DNA from: a virus
Strand: one strand, 5' to 3'
IMG/VR virus record: IMGVR_UViG_3300045988_074170
DNA length: 64,000 bases
Shown here: one piece after another, positions 44,665 through 53,893 of the stretch
Layout of the letters: every line of letters begins with the position of its first letter
Position numbering within the stretch: position 1 is the first letter of the stretch
Program-made: the position numbers and the translations under genes
Notes under the pieces: generated by a model
What the model was told of the DNA's origin: nothing
Database searches by the model: none
Seen by the model: the letters and a program-made list of their open reading frames with translations, nothing else

Positions 44665-45435
44665 TTATAATTGATTTAAAAATTCATCAATCGCCATGTC
44701 CGCAACCTCAAACACCTGTGCCTCGTCGAGTGCCCTATCCATGAACTTCCAAGGTTCAAATCCCGGATTTATCCAACTTAACGGGTCGCTCTTATCACTC
44801 ACTCTTCGGAATGTGAAGTATCCTCCACGGTTCTCCTTATCAGTAGAAGCGATATCAATTCGTACGAGTCCTTGATATTGAGGTGCTTTGTGAGTATAAG
44901 CCGGAATAATTCCTTCGGCTGTTTGAATAGGTTTACGCTGCCCGAGTTGTGCGTACTGTATAGGAAGCTGATTCTTCTTTACAGGCTGTCCACCGTTACT
45001 CTTAGCAATATCGTAAATCTCTTTCGGCAGCCGATTTTGAAACACCATTGATTCCGCCACAGCATCAGGAGTAGCGTACCGAAACGGAATTGTCAGATAC
45101 CAACCCCCACTCGCAGATGTCTTCTTCTTTGAGGAGTTGGAAAATCCTGGCTTCATGTCAAAGGGAGCCTTCCCCTCTTCAAGAGCCAAAGCCAACCCGT
45201 CCTGTCCGGGAGCAAGCCCAAACACCACTTCCGTCGGACTCACCCTATCAACGTACATGGCATTCTTATACAGTTTTCGGGTCTTCTTTAACTCTCTATT
45301 GACAAGGTTCTCCCACTTGTTTACATACTCAGTCACCACCCGATTGATAATCTCACCACCGAGTTCCTGAGCCTGCGAACCTGTAAGAGCAAACTCCGCT
45401 ACGATTTCACTCAAATCAACGTATATCGGAATCAT
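44665..45435 (-). CDS. Head-tail connector-module protein (unassigned)
   Basis: 256-aa co-oriented ORF. Confidence 0.5.
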   Translation of the reverse strand: MIPIYVDLSEIVAEFALTGSQAQELGGEIINRVVTEYVNKWENLVNRELKKTRKLYKNAMYVDRVSPTEVVFGLAPGQDGLALALEEGKAPFDMKPGFSNSSKKKTSASGGWYLTIPFRYATPDAVAESMVFQNRLPKEIYDIAKSNGGQPVKKNQLPIQYAQLGQRKPIQTAEGIIPAYTHKAPQYQGLVRIDIASTDKENRGGYFTFRRVSDKSDPLSWINPGFEPWKFMDRALDEAQVFEVADMAIDEFLNQL

Positions 45436-46225
45436 TGTCGTCGTTATATATTATTCCACTTCCATCGTAATTAGGACGCTGCATGTCTATTAGGTGAGTT
45501 CTCCGTCCCACACCCTGTATCGGCATCTTGAGGATTTGAAACTGTCCGCTCTTCTTATCCTTACCTAACGAGGCTCGGATTTCGTGAGGCATATCAATGA
45601 TGTGGTATTCCACCCTGTGTTTGTACAGGACTGAAACACCTGTCTCTGGAGGAACGTTCCCAGGAGCAAATCTCAAGCAATACGGGTTCTCGGGAACTAT
45701 CTCGTAGACTGATGGGTCTAACTTGATTAACGGGGACTCGGAATCCTTAAAGGTGTACACTGCCACGATACCATCCTCTATTGGGGCATAAGAGAGAAAA
45801 ACAGCAACCTCGTCACCTATCATCTCCCTCGCCACCAACATTTCCGTAAACGAAGCATATTCATCCTCTACCGTCACTCTATCAAAGTAGGAAAGGAAGT
45901 CTTTATCTTCATCCCGAACGGTTATCGCAGCCGTACCCATCAATTCCGGAGCCCATTGAACGTACTGTGTATTCTTGTTCAGACCTGTTACAAGTGCTTT
46001 GGTTCTCCTCGGATTTACGAAGAAGTATCCAAAGCCGTGACAGTTCTGACAATCAGGTAACGGACTGCCCGAGTTTCCCTGACACGGACAGCGTATTGCC
46101 TTTTCACAGATTATATCATATCCGTGCGCCCAAATAACTGAATTGAAGTCATTCGGGCGAAAACTCACTTGAGGCTGTCCATATAAGGACTGCTCGGGAG
46201 CCTCTGATATAGGTCTTCCATTCAT
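45416..46225 (-). CDS. Head-tail connector-module protein (unassigned)
   Basis: 269-aa co-oriented ORF with a Cys cluster (CPCQGNSGSPLPDCQNCHGFG). Confidence 0.5.
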   Translation of the reverse strand: MNGRPISEAPEQSLYGQPQVSFRPNDFNSVIWAHGYDIICEKAIRCPCQGNSGSPLPDCQNCHGFGYFFVNPRRTKALVTGLNKNTQYVQWAPELMGTAAITVRDEDKDFLSYFDRVTVEDEYASFTEMLVAREMIGDEVAVFLSYAPIEDGIVAVYTFKDSESPLIKLDPSVYEIVPENPYCLRFAPGNVPPETGVSVLYKHRVEYHIIDMPHEIRASLGKDKKSGQFQILKMPIQGVGRRTHLIDMQRPNYDGSGIIYNDDNDSDIR

Positions 46226-46818
46226 GATGCGTATCTCCTTTCTAATAAAGTTTTAGAATTCCAAGGCTGAGGTTTACCCTTTAACGCTTTAGAAATCCTT
46301 TTCCGAGTTTCTTCTGAATGATGTTTCCCCAACATTGGTTTTCTACCGACCCTTGCTTTCGACATTTTCTTTCGAGTTTCTTCAGAGTGTTTCTTTCCTA
46401 TATGAGTGGCAAGCAACTTCTCTTTCAACCAATCAGGCATCGGAACCCCTTTGTTCCAAGGAGTTTTACCCTTGTGAAGTTCTGATATCTTTTGTCTAAA
46501 TTCGTCAGTCACTTCCTTTCCCGTACCGTCACCGCCTGGAGTTGAATTATACCCACACTTATAGGAATTGAATCTACTTATGCAAGCCTTTTCAAACAAA
46601 GGAAGTCTTTCGATTGGAATACCACTCAATAAGCAATCAACGTGAAAATTCTGCGAACCATATTTTCTGATTGCCTTATGAAACTGAAAATTATCCTTCT
46701 CCGCTTCCGCAGCATAAATATGTTCATGAAATCTTCTATGAACCTTACGAACAGTTATACCAACGTAAACTTTATCGTTGATATCGTTATACACAATATA
46801 CAAACTACCTGTCTTCAT
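46222..46818 (-). CDS. GIY-YIG homing endonuclease (free-standing, in structural module)
   Basis: Contains SLYIVYNDINDKVYVGIT, FHKAIRKYG and YNSTPGG, plus NUMOD3-like repeats. It abuts or overlaps both neighbours. Confidence 0.85.
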   Translation of the reverse strand: MKTGSLYIVYNDINDKVYVGITVRKVHRRFHEHIYAAEAEKDNFQFHKAIRKYGSQNFHVDCLLSGIPIERLPLFEKACISRFNSYKCGYNSTPGGDGTGKEVTDEFRQKISELHKGKTPWNKGVPMPDWLKEKLLATHIGKKHSEETRKKMSKARVGRKPMLGKHHSEETRKRISKALKGKPQPWNSKTLLERRYAS

Positions 46819-47619
46819 TTATACAACTACCATACGAATTTCATCATATACTAATTTCAATTTCTTCACAGAATCCGCAATCTCTTTTTGATATTGCAAA
46901 ATCCTTGCCCCATATCCTGCGTTGGTTGCTGATGATGTTGAACTAATTGATTGACTCAACCCGTCAACACCTATCGACTGGGCAGCGATACCCGCACCCA
47001 ATATCAAGTCACCAGCAATTCCAAGTGGCCCGAACGTAGCCAATTTCCCCGTCAGATTGATTAAGTCCATAGGCATATGGTCGAGGTCAAAGCCTGTAAT
47101 ATACTGGAAGTCCCAATAATCCGGAATCATCCTGAAGTGCTGGCTTCCCAATTGGGTTGTCAGACCACTCAAGATGACCTCAGCATTGGCAGTAGCAACA
47201 GCCGAACCCGTGGGAACGATTGAAACTCTTCGCTTATATAGACCATAACTGTTCTGGTGAGTTGTCAGCCATTGTGTCGGATAGGAAATTTGCTCAAGAT
47301 TGTTGAACCGTCCCGTCAACGATATCGGTTTGTTGACGGGATAGTTCGTGAACAGAATAGGGAAACTCTGCCAATAGTCGGCTCGGTAAAATGTCAACTT
47401 CTCTTGGTCAATGAACTGGCGCATCAGTTTCAGGTTGAAGAAGTTCTCAACCTCTCTTTGAGCAGCCTGTATATAGAACCGCATACTTTCACTGCTGAAA
47501 GAAGTCCCGTCGCCTCCCTGTATGGTTATCCCGTACAGGTACAAAGAAAAAATCTCCGTTGGATTAAATATCATCCCCGTGTTCTTTCTATACTTCATTG
47601 TCAAAACAAGTTGTCCCAT
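46819..47619 (-). CDS. Head-completion-module protein (unassigned)
   Basis: 266-aa co-oriented ORF. Confidence 0.5.
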   Translation of the reverse strand: MGQLVLTMKYRKNTGMIFNPTEIFSLYLYGITIQGGDGTSFSSESMRFYIQAAQREVENFFNLKLMRQFIDQEKLTFYRADYWQSFPILFTNYPVNKPISLTGRFNNLEQISYPTQWLTTHQNSYGLYKRRVSIVPTGSAVATANAEVILSGLTTQLGSQHFRMIPDYWDFQYITGFDLDHMPMDLINLTGKLATFGPLGIAGDLILGAGIAAQSIGVDGLSQSISSTSSATNAGYGARILQYQKEIADSVKKLKLVYDEIRMVVV

Positions 47620-47625
47620 CTCGCA

Positions 47626-48270
47626 TTACTCTTTAGAAGCGTTTACCAAAAATTCGATGATTTCGGCTTTGGTTTTTTCAGCAACAGCGGTCATGTCAAT
47701 ACCACCCTCCTGACCGAAAGCAATCAGTTCATCTTTCTTCATTACACCCAATTCCTTGCGTAGAGTAGCCTCTTCCTCTTCAGGAGTAGGGGTTCCCTCG
47801 TCACCTGTTACTTCGGGGTCAGCGTCTCCCTGAGTTTCCTCGCCTGTACCCTCTGTTGGGTTCTCTACGATAGCTTCAGGTGCAGGGGGTGTAACTGTCT
47901 CGGCTGGGGGAACGGTTCCCGCAGCGAGTTGAATACGAGCCTCGTGTTCACGATTGTATTCGTTCTTCCAGTTTTCAACCTCTTGCTCGAGTTCCTCAAT
48001 CTTCTTTTTGTTCGCTGTATTGACATTTGTCAGGCGAGCAATCTCTTTCTTGTACCACTCTTCACGGTCTTTGAAGTCTGACTTCATCTGAACCTCTTTC
48101 GGGGTTTCGAATACAGGCTGTTTGCCGTGTTCGTACAGGTCGGGAATTCCTAACTTGAGGACTTCCTTACCAAAGTCGTCTTCGACCTCAGCAACACAAT
48201 TCACGAACTTCACGTTCTTACCATTGTAATTGATGGTTTTGTTTCCCGCTTTTCTGTTAAACAGTTTCAT
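47626..48270 (-). CDS. Head-associated protein with C-terminal HeH/Rho-N-like motif
   Basis: 214 aa with a coiled coil, an acidic P/E/T linker and the C-terminal motif LRKELGVMKKDELIAFGQEGGIDMTAVAEKTKAEIIEFL. Confidence 0.5.
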   Translation of the reverse strand: MKLFNRKAGNKTINYNGKNVKFVNCVAEVEDDFGKEVLKLGIPDLYEHGKQPVFETPKEVQMKSDFKDREEWYKKEIARLTNVNTANKKKIEELEQEVENWKNEYNREHEARIQLAAGTVPPAETVTPPAPEAIVENPTEGTGEETQGDADPEVTGDEGTPTPEEEEATLRKELGVMKKDELIAFGQEGGIDMTAVAEKTKAEIIEFLVNASKE

Positions 48271-48303
48271 AATTCTTTGAATTTATTTATGATTATAAAA
48301 TTA

Positions 48304-48333
48304 ATGGGGATGGGACATACACCCCATCCCCAT
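48304..48333 (-). terminator. Intrinsic terminator after the major capsid gene
   Basis: 11-bp stem atggggatggg/cccatccccat. On the minus strand it is followed by UAAUUUUAUAAU. Confidence 0.6.
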
Positions 48334-48358
48334 CATTATAACGTAATTGTCCTCGTTA

Positions 48359-49876
48359 TTAGGTAGTCGGCAGACCAATCTTACCGATGTTGATAATACG
48401 AGCAATCTTTCCAGGCATATACTCAACCGGAGTACCATAGTTCAGGACAGAGAACGAACGTCTCGGACCAACAATAGCGTAATCCAGTTTCATTGTACCA
48501 CCCAGTTCCAAATACTCAATCATTTCACTTCCGTTGAAGTAAACGAGAGCAGACTTGGTTCCGGCAATCCAACGGTTGCGGTCGTGAACCGCTCCCGGAG
48601 CAGCACCGTCCCATCCAGCAGCAAGTTCAGTCTTGCTAACTTCGAAGATAGGATAGAAATCAGCGATGCCTTTGTCGACCGGATTTGCTTCGGTACGATA
48701 GATGACATAACAGGTTTCAGGATAAGCCGAAGAGTTTGCACCAGCAAACTTCAGAGTCACAGACTGAGTTGCGCCAACAGCCTGTTCAGCGTCGTTCAGC
48801 AAAACGGGTTCAGACTCTCCGTAACGGTTCTTCGCTGTAACAGCATAGAAGTAGTTACCAGCGTGAACAGAACCGAACATTCCCTTTGCGTCAACGGCAA
48901 CAGCGACAGGAGTCGTAACATCCTTAATAGGAGCGTTCGGAGCCTTGTCAGAAGTCTTACCACGACCCAACTTAATCGGCTGGTTGAAGTCGAAGTATTT
49001 GTCCGCTTTGATGTTCACCTTACCAAACTGAGTGGTGATGTCGTTTACCGACTGACCCATAGTTGCGCCCACAACGCCACCAGCCATACCAACGATAACA
49101 CGTTTAGACTCGTGGAAGAGTTTCACGTAGTTGTTGAATACGACAGGGGAAGAAACGATACGGTCGATGATACCGTTTCGGTCGTTTACAACTGCCTGAG
49201 CAGCGTCCTCAACCAAAGCGTCATTCAGAACAGAACCGTTTGCGTTCAATACGGCAGGGTCTCCGAAGTAAGCGTCAAGCACCTGTTCAGAAGTTTTACC
49301 CAGCAAGCCACCTGTGATATCGTTGATACCAGCGATGTGCTGTGCAAATACACCGTCGAACTCTTCAGGAACTTTTGCCGAGTCAGCGTCAATCACTTTC
49401 TTGTCAAGGATAGTCTGAAGCAAGATGGTCTTGTTTTCAACTTCCTTGGTGTACAGTGAACCAACGACAGTCTTGACAATCATACCCGGATGAGTAACCT
49501 GTCCAGTCACACCTGTGAACTTGACAACGATTGACTTCCGACGATATACAGAGTCGGTCTCAGTAGGAGTTTCGCCTTCCTGATTGAAGATGCCCACTTC
49601 CTGACCATACTTGTACAACTGATTGTACTGATGAACAGTATTGTCAATCTTCTGACGGTTCAACTCATTCCAGAACACCAACTGGTCCAAACGGTTTTCA
49701 AGGTTCTTCAGCACAGAATCCAAGGATTCAGGTTTCAGACCTCCACCGTTATTCAATTGGTCGTTGTACTGCATACCAGTCAACAGACCTGCTTCCATCG
49801 CCTTCAAGATTTCATCCGAAGACATACTTTCCAACGGATTGGCGTTTTCCGTTCCAGTGTAATTGAATAAATCCAT
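48359..49876 (-). CDS. Major capsid protein
   Basis: 505-aa ORF after the protease and scaffold genes, followed by a strong terminator. Composition and position are typical of a capsid gene. No search was run. Confidence 0.7.
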   Translation of the reverse strand: MDLFNYTGTENANPLESMSSDEILKAMEAGLLTGMQYNDQLNNGGGLKPESLDSVLKNLENRLDQLVFWNELNRQKIDNTVHQYNQLYKYGQEVGIFNQEGETPTETDSVYRRKSIVVKFTGVTGQVTHPGMIVKTVVGSLYTKEVENKTILLQTILDKKVIDADSAKVPEEFDGVFAQHIAGINDITGGLLGKTSEQVLDAYFGDPAVLNANGSVLNDALVEDAAQAVVNDRNGIIDRIVSSPVVFNNYVKLFHESKRVIVGMAGGVVGATMGQSVNDITTQFGKVNIKADKYFDFNQPIKLGRGKTSDKAPNAPIKDVTTPVAVAVDAKGMFGSVHAGNYFYAVTAKNRYGESEPVLLNDAEQAVGATQSVTLKFAGANSSAYPETCYVIYRTEANPVDKGIADFYPIFEVSKTELAAGWDGAAPGAVHDRNRWIAGTKSALVYFNGSEMIEYLELGGTMKLDYAIVGPRRSFSVLNYGTPVEYMPGKIARIINIGKIGLPTT

Positions 49877-49914
49877 TTCCTATTTATTTTTAAAGTTATA
49901 ATTCGATAACGAAA

Positions 49915-50691
49915 TTATTTCACGAGACGAATGTTCTTCTTGTTATACATATACAAGGCTGCGTCTTGACCGATTGCCCCACATACAGGGTCGAGCAAAT
50001 AGGCAGTTGTATTGTCACGCAAAGACTTCTGAATTTCGGGGTCGGTTTCCTCGTCGATTGATTTAGTAATCAATTCACGAACAACCGCACGGTCACGAGA
50101 TACGCTCAGGATGGTTTTGTTATCCTCGTCTTTCGCTCCACCGCCCATTTCGAGACTCTTTTCGATAACAGCCTTATTCAGACCAGCGGTCTTAAATGCA
50201 GGAGCAGTATCACCAAAAGCAATAATCGCTTGACGCATTCCGTCCAAAGATTTTTCAATCTTATCAACGACAGGGGTCAAAGCCTGTTCAATTACTCCGG
50301 GAAGAGATTTCATGAACTCATCCTGAGACTGAGTAACCTTGCCAAGCAAGTTGTCTTCGATACTCTTCATGATATCCGCAGAAATTGACTTGGCGATGTC
50401 GTCTGGGTCTTTACTCTTGTCAGCACCGCAACCCTTTTCAACATCGTCTGGGTCTTTGTCACCATCCTTGTCATCAGGGTCTTTCTTGTCTTTTTCTTTG
50501 TCCTTTTCCTTCTTCTCGTGTTCACCGTCTCCGTCGCCTTCACCATGGTCATCCGGACCACTCTGAACCGACTTCTCCAATTTGATTGAGCCGGAATCAA
50601 TCCAACCAGCAATCACCTCTTCTGAGAACCCACTACCAAGCAGGGACTTAACGAGGTCGTCATTTTTTTGTTCATCTGTTAACTGTACCAT
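49915..50691 (-). CDS. Scaffolding-like protein (highly acidic, D/K/E low complexity)
   Basis: 258 aa, contains HEKKEKDKEKDKKDPDDKDGDKDPDD. Lies between the protease and the capsid gene. Confidence 0.5.
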   Translation of the reverse strand: MVQLTDEQKNDDLVKSLLGSGFSEEVIAGWIDSGSIKLEKSVQSGPDDHGEGDGDGEHEKKEKDKEKDKKDPDDKDGDKDPDDVEKGCGADKSKDPDDIAKSISADIMKSIEDNLLGKVTQSQDEFMKSLPGVIEQALTPVVDKIEKSLDGMRQAIIAFGDTAPAFKTAGLNKAVIEKSLEMGGGAKDEDNKTILSVSRDRAVVRELITKSIDEETDPEIQKSLRDNTTAYLLDPVCGAIGQDAALYMYNKKNIRLVK

Positions 50692-50751
50692 AATCTTTTG
50701 AATTTTTCGGTTTAAAAATATTACAAAATTTCTTTTCCCTAAAATGAGTCG

Positions 50752-51426
50752 TCAAATGTCTTCTTGAACAATGCGGAATTTTGAGTCAATAATTATCCTC
50801 TTGTTTCCAACTACCTGTTCGAACATGATACTCTTTCGTAGGTGACTCTTCAAAATTTCACCCGTAGGAATAAAATCTTGCATTTGAATCCCCTTTACAA
50901 AATCGATATACGAATTGAAATTCACAGGTGTGAACGTCAGAGCAATGTTATTGATAATTGCTTTCGTGATATGCTTTTCATTTTTCGGGTCTCGCTCGAG
51001 TGCTTTGCCCTCAATAGACATTCCAGGCTTTCGGGTTGAACCGCTTTCACGCATTTCAATACACTTGTCCCAAAAGGCTCTCGCCTCTGGAGACTCGCTC
51101 CACAGTTTTCCTTTCACCCAAAATTTATTATCAACTATCTTTCCGTCAAGCGGTTCACCAATCCAAAACCTACTCTTCAGCTCTTTTGCTCGAACTGTTA
51201 GGTGGTCAAGATTGAATAAGCCGTGTTTCAGGAAGTATTGAATCTCGAAGCCGTTTGGCTCCATAGAGTCACCTTGATAATCCTTGCTGTCATCACTTGC
51301 GATACCCTCAAAGACCATGTTCTCGTAGCGACGTTCATCACCACGAGGATACTGCATAGCTTCCTCAGACTTCATAATGTCAAGAGGAAGCCAGAAGTTG
51401 AAATCATTTGGGGTTTGCTTCTTCAT
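50752..51426 (-). CDS. Prohead protease (HK97/S78-like)
   Basis: 224 aa. GIASDDSKDYQGDSMEPNGF, FNLDH...IGEP and MSIEGKA fit the Asp/His/Ser-region pattern. Position precedes the scaffold and capsid genes. Confidence 0.6.
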   Translation of the reverse strand: MKKQTPNDFNFWLPLDIMKSEEAMQYPRGDERRYENMVFEGIASDDSKDYQGDSMEPNGFEIQYFLKHGLFNLDHLTVRAKELKSRFWIGEPLDGKIVDNKFWVKGKLWSESPEARAFWDKCIEMRESGSTRKPGMSIEGKALERDPKNEKHITKAIINNIALTFTPVNFNSYIDFVKGIQMQDFIPTGEILKSHLRKSIMFEQVVGNKRIIIDSKFRIVQEDI

Positions 51427-51451
51427 TGAATCCGTTTTTAAAATTCTGAGA

Positions 51452-51459
51452 CAAAATTA
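51452..51459 (-). promoter_or_regulatory. -7 promoter box (TAATTTTG)
   Basis: Plus-strand caaaatta, 26 nt upstream of the ATG at 51426. Confidence 0.4.
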
Positions 51460-51468
51460 CAAATCATT

Positions 51469-52770
51469 TCAGAAAGTTACAAATATTGGGTCACCAACAT
51501 AATCGGTTCCTCTTTCATTCGCTGCCATAAATTCTTCATGAGGTGTCCGGACTTTCATCGGTCCCACCATCAAGGAATATTTCATTTCCTCGAGAAGACG
51601 TAACATATCCGAGTCGTCGCCTGTAAACACAATTTCGCATTCAGTCAAGCGGTTGGTCGCTGGGTCTTCCTTATACCTTGTATCATGAATGATTAGAGGC
51701 TTCAAGAACTTCAGATGTCCGTTCTCCCCAACTGTCACTTCCTGCATTCCGCTGATACCTTTAAGAATGGTTTCGACACACTTCATCGGGTCACGAACAG
51801 GAACAGCCAATTTTCGCTTGTCCCCGTCCATTGATTCAGGCTCAAGCGGTTTCACGGCTTCAATATCCATAGCCTTTTTCAGGATTGAAGTGAATCCCGG
51901 AACAAAAGCCTCCGGAGTAATGCGTCCTTCCTCAAGAGCTTTCAACAACGGTTGGGCAGCATCCATTTGCTGCGGTTTCATCATCAGGTCAAGAACTATC
52001 TCTCCTTGGTCGAAGATAAACGGCTTCAAAGGAATCTGTCCCAAGTCAATGAATTCAGCGAAACAATGTTCACTCGCATCAACTGTTACAGGCTGCTCAC
52101 TGTCGACATACACCTGATAATATTTAATGTGGGCATCCGCATTCTTATGCTCCCCAAGATACACAATTCCTCTATCCGCAAGAGGGTCAAGATTTGTTTC
52201 CTCTTTTAGTTCACGTAATGCAGCGGTCTCAAAGTCCTCTCCTGGGTCGACATGACCTCCAGGGATACAAACCTTTCCAGTAGGACAGAACTCCTCAACT
52301 CGATGTAATATGAGGACTCTACCAGACTTGTCCAAAGCAACCACATCAGCGTATTTGGTTGGCTCACCTGTAATTGACTTCACGATGTCGAAATACACCT
52401 GTTTAGTCATCTTCCCTTCCCGATACGCCAGCTCGGCATTATCAAGAGCGTCAATGTCTTTACAGGCTTCCCCAACCTCAGGGTCATTACGATAAGCCTC
52501 CAACGACTTCAGAATTTTGTTCCTCTGATTTACGGCTGATGTAACTTCCTTTTGATGTTCTTTTAGGAATCCTCTATATTTCTCGAACACTTCGGATTTC
52601 TTCTGTTCCGGCAAACCATCAACTCCGTCAATTACTGACTTCTGAATTGAAAATTTATCGGACAGTTCCTGCCCAAGCAGGTCAAGTTTCCCGAGCTCCG
52701 ATTTCAGATTCCGGTAATCCTCAATTTTCTCTTGAGCTGTCTGAATACCAAAAAACTTCTTTAAATTCAT
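51469..52770 (-). CDS. Nudix-hydrolase-domain protein embedded in the head module
   Basis: 433 aa. The Nudix box GGHVDPGEDFETAALRELKEETNL fits G-x5-E-x7-REUxEExGU with N in place of the last G. It is flanked by a coiled-coil N-terminal region and a C-terminal domain of unknown function. Confidence 0.7.
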   Translation of the reverse strand: MNLKKFFGIQTAQEKIEDYRNLKSELGKLDLLGQELSDKFSIQKSVIDGVDGLPEQKKSEVFEKYRGFLKEHQKEVTSAVNQRNKILKSLEAYRNDPEVGEACKDIDALDNAELAYREGKMTKQVYFDIVKSITGEPTKYADVVALDKSGRVLILHRVEEFCPTGKVCIPGGHVDPGEDFETAALRELKEETNLDPLADRGIVYLGEHKNADAHIKYYQVYVDSEQPVTVDASEHCFAEFIDLGQIPLKPFIFDQGEIVLDLMMKPQQMDAAQPLLKALEEGRITPEAFVPGFTSILKKAMDIEAVKPLEPESMDGDKRKLAVPVRDPMKCVETILKGISGMQEVTVGENGHLKFLKPLIIHDTRYKEDPATNRLTECEIVFTGDDSDMLRLLEEMKYSLMVGPMKVRTPHEEFMAANERGTDYVGDPIFVTF

Positions 52771-52781
52771 ATCTTTTCGTT

Positions 52782-53729
52782 TTAAACTGAATATTCTTTG
52801 TTTCCAATAGTTATCTTTGCTCGGCTCTTCCGCTCAACTTTTCGTTGATAATCCTTAGGAGGCTCAAACTGTCTCGTATCAGGATTCCAAACATATCCTT
52901 TGGGGAGATACCTTAAATCACACCGACAGAACGGGTGAACAGGGTGTATCGTGGCTTTCCAGTCCTTAGACTTTACACCATAATTCGTACCGTTCGCCAT
53001 AAGTTCTGACAGGTGAAAAACCTTTGGCTCGCTTCCGATACCCCCTTTCAGGTACAGCCGTATGCAATGACGGCACGCTCCAGGAAAGACATCGAAGTAA
53101 ACCAACGGGTCAGGGTCTTCTTCCATGATGATTTCCGCCCGACCAAGATTGTATATGTCTTGACTTTCCGTCTCAACAATACGTCCCCAATCACGGTTCC
53201 AATCATTCATTTGGTTCGCCAAGTTAGATGTTATCTTCTTGACTGAACGTTTCTCGAATGTGCCGTCCAACAGTTCCTTCTTCAGAACGGCATCAGCCTT
53301 TGCAGCCTCTTGAGCCTGTAAATAGCTGAGTTCCTCTGCCGAAATTGAAGCACGAACATCATTCTTGATACGCTCCGAAAATCCCTTGATATGAGTATAA
53401 GTCTTGTTGGCTGCAACCTTATAGAACGCCATTTCCCTCGCTGTGGGCTCAAATAAGCCCATTTTAGAAAGAAACGCAGTAAACTCGGAGTAACTCATCT
53501 GAGCCGTTGCATTCGTCCCAACAGCAGCCGAAACACGACCAAACAGAAAAGCCTGATAATGGGAAGGGAATTTAGGAATCAGTTTAATCAAGTCAACCCC
53601 TTTACGCTTGAGCAAGTCCAGGTCTTCCTTCGTTAGGAAGTCTTTCCCCAACACCTGTGCAACCATCTTGACCACCATGAGGTCGACGTTGTCCAAAATC
53701 TTCTTTATTTCTTCTTCCGAAAATAACAT
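52782..53729 (-). CDS. Mu F / SPP1 gp7-like head morphogenesis protein
   Basis: C-terminal signature HPVHPFCRCDL. Lies directly after the portal gene. Confidence 0.7.
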   Translation of the reverse strand: MLFSEEEIKKILDNVDLMVVKMVAQVLGKDFLTKEDLDLLKRKGVDLIKLIPKFPSHYQAFLFGRVSAAVGTNATAQMSYSEFTAFLSKMGLFEPTAREMAFYKVAANKTYTHIKGFSERIKNDVRASISAEELSYLQAQEAAKADAVLKKELLDGTFEKRSVKKITSNLANQMNDWNRDWGRIVETESQDIYNLGRAEIIMEEDPDPLVYFDVFPGACRHCIRLYLKGGIGSEPKVFHLSELMANGTNYGVKSKDWKATIHPVHPFCRCDLRYLPKGYVWNPDTRQFEPPKDYQRKVERKSRAKITIGNKEYSV

Positions 53730-53893
53730 TATTTCTTTTCCTTTTGAATATCAACCATCGTTTGTACAATATCACCAAACAGCCGTACAGCGTTAAACGC
53801 ATTCTTAGACTGATTTTCATATTGCTTTTGAACCTTTGGATATCTCATCGGGTCGACGTGATGTTGGATTCTTGGTGATACAAGCTGTTTCAT
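53729..53893 (-). CDS. Small coupled ORF (54 aa) missing from the ORF track
   Basis: Encodes MKQLVSPRIQHHVDPMRYPKVQKQYENQSKNAFNAVRLFGDIVQTMVDIQKEKK. ATGA overlap with the portal stop and TAATG overlap with the MuF start. It fills the otherwise empty 160-nt gap. Confidence 0.5.
   Translation of the reverse strand: MKQLVSPRIQHHVDPMRYPKVQKQYENQSKNAFNAVRLFGDIVQTMVDIQKEKK

Noticed and set aside
48347-49459. 370-aa ORF on the plus strand, the longest plus-strand ORF in the left 58 kb
   Set aside because: It lies entirely antisense to the major capsid gene. Its translation is low-complexity (S/R/V/N-rich) with no recognisable motifs, promoter box or start context. This is the typical shadow ORF of a strongly codon-biased gene.
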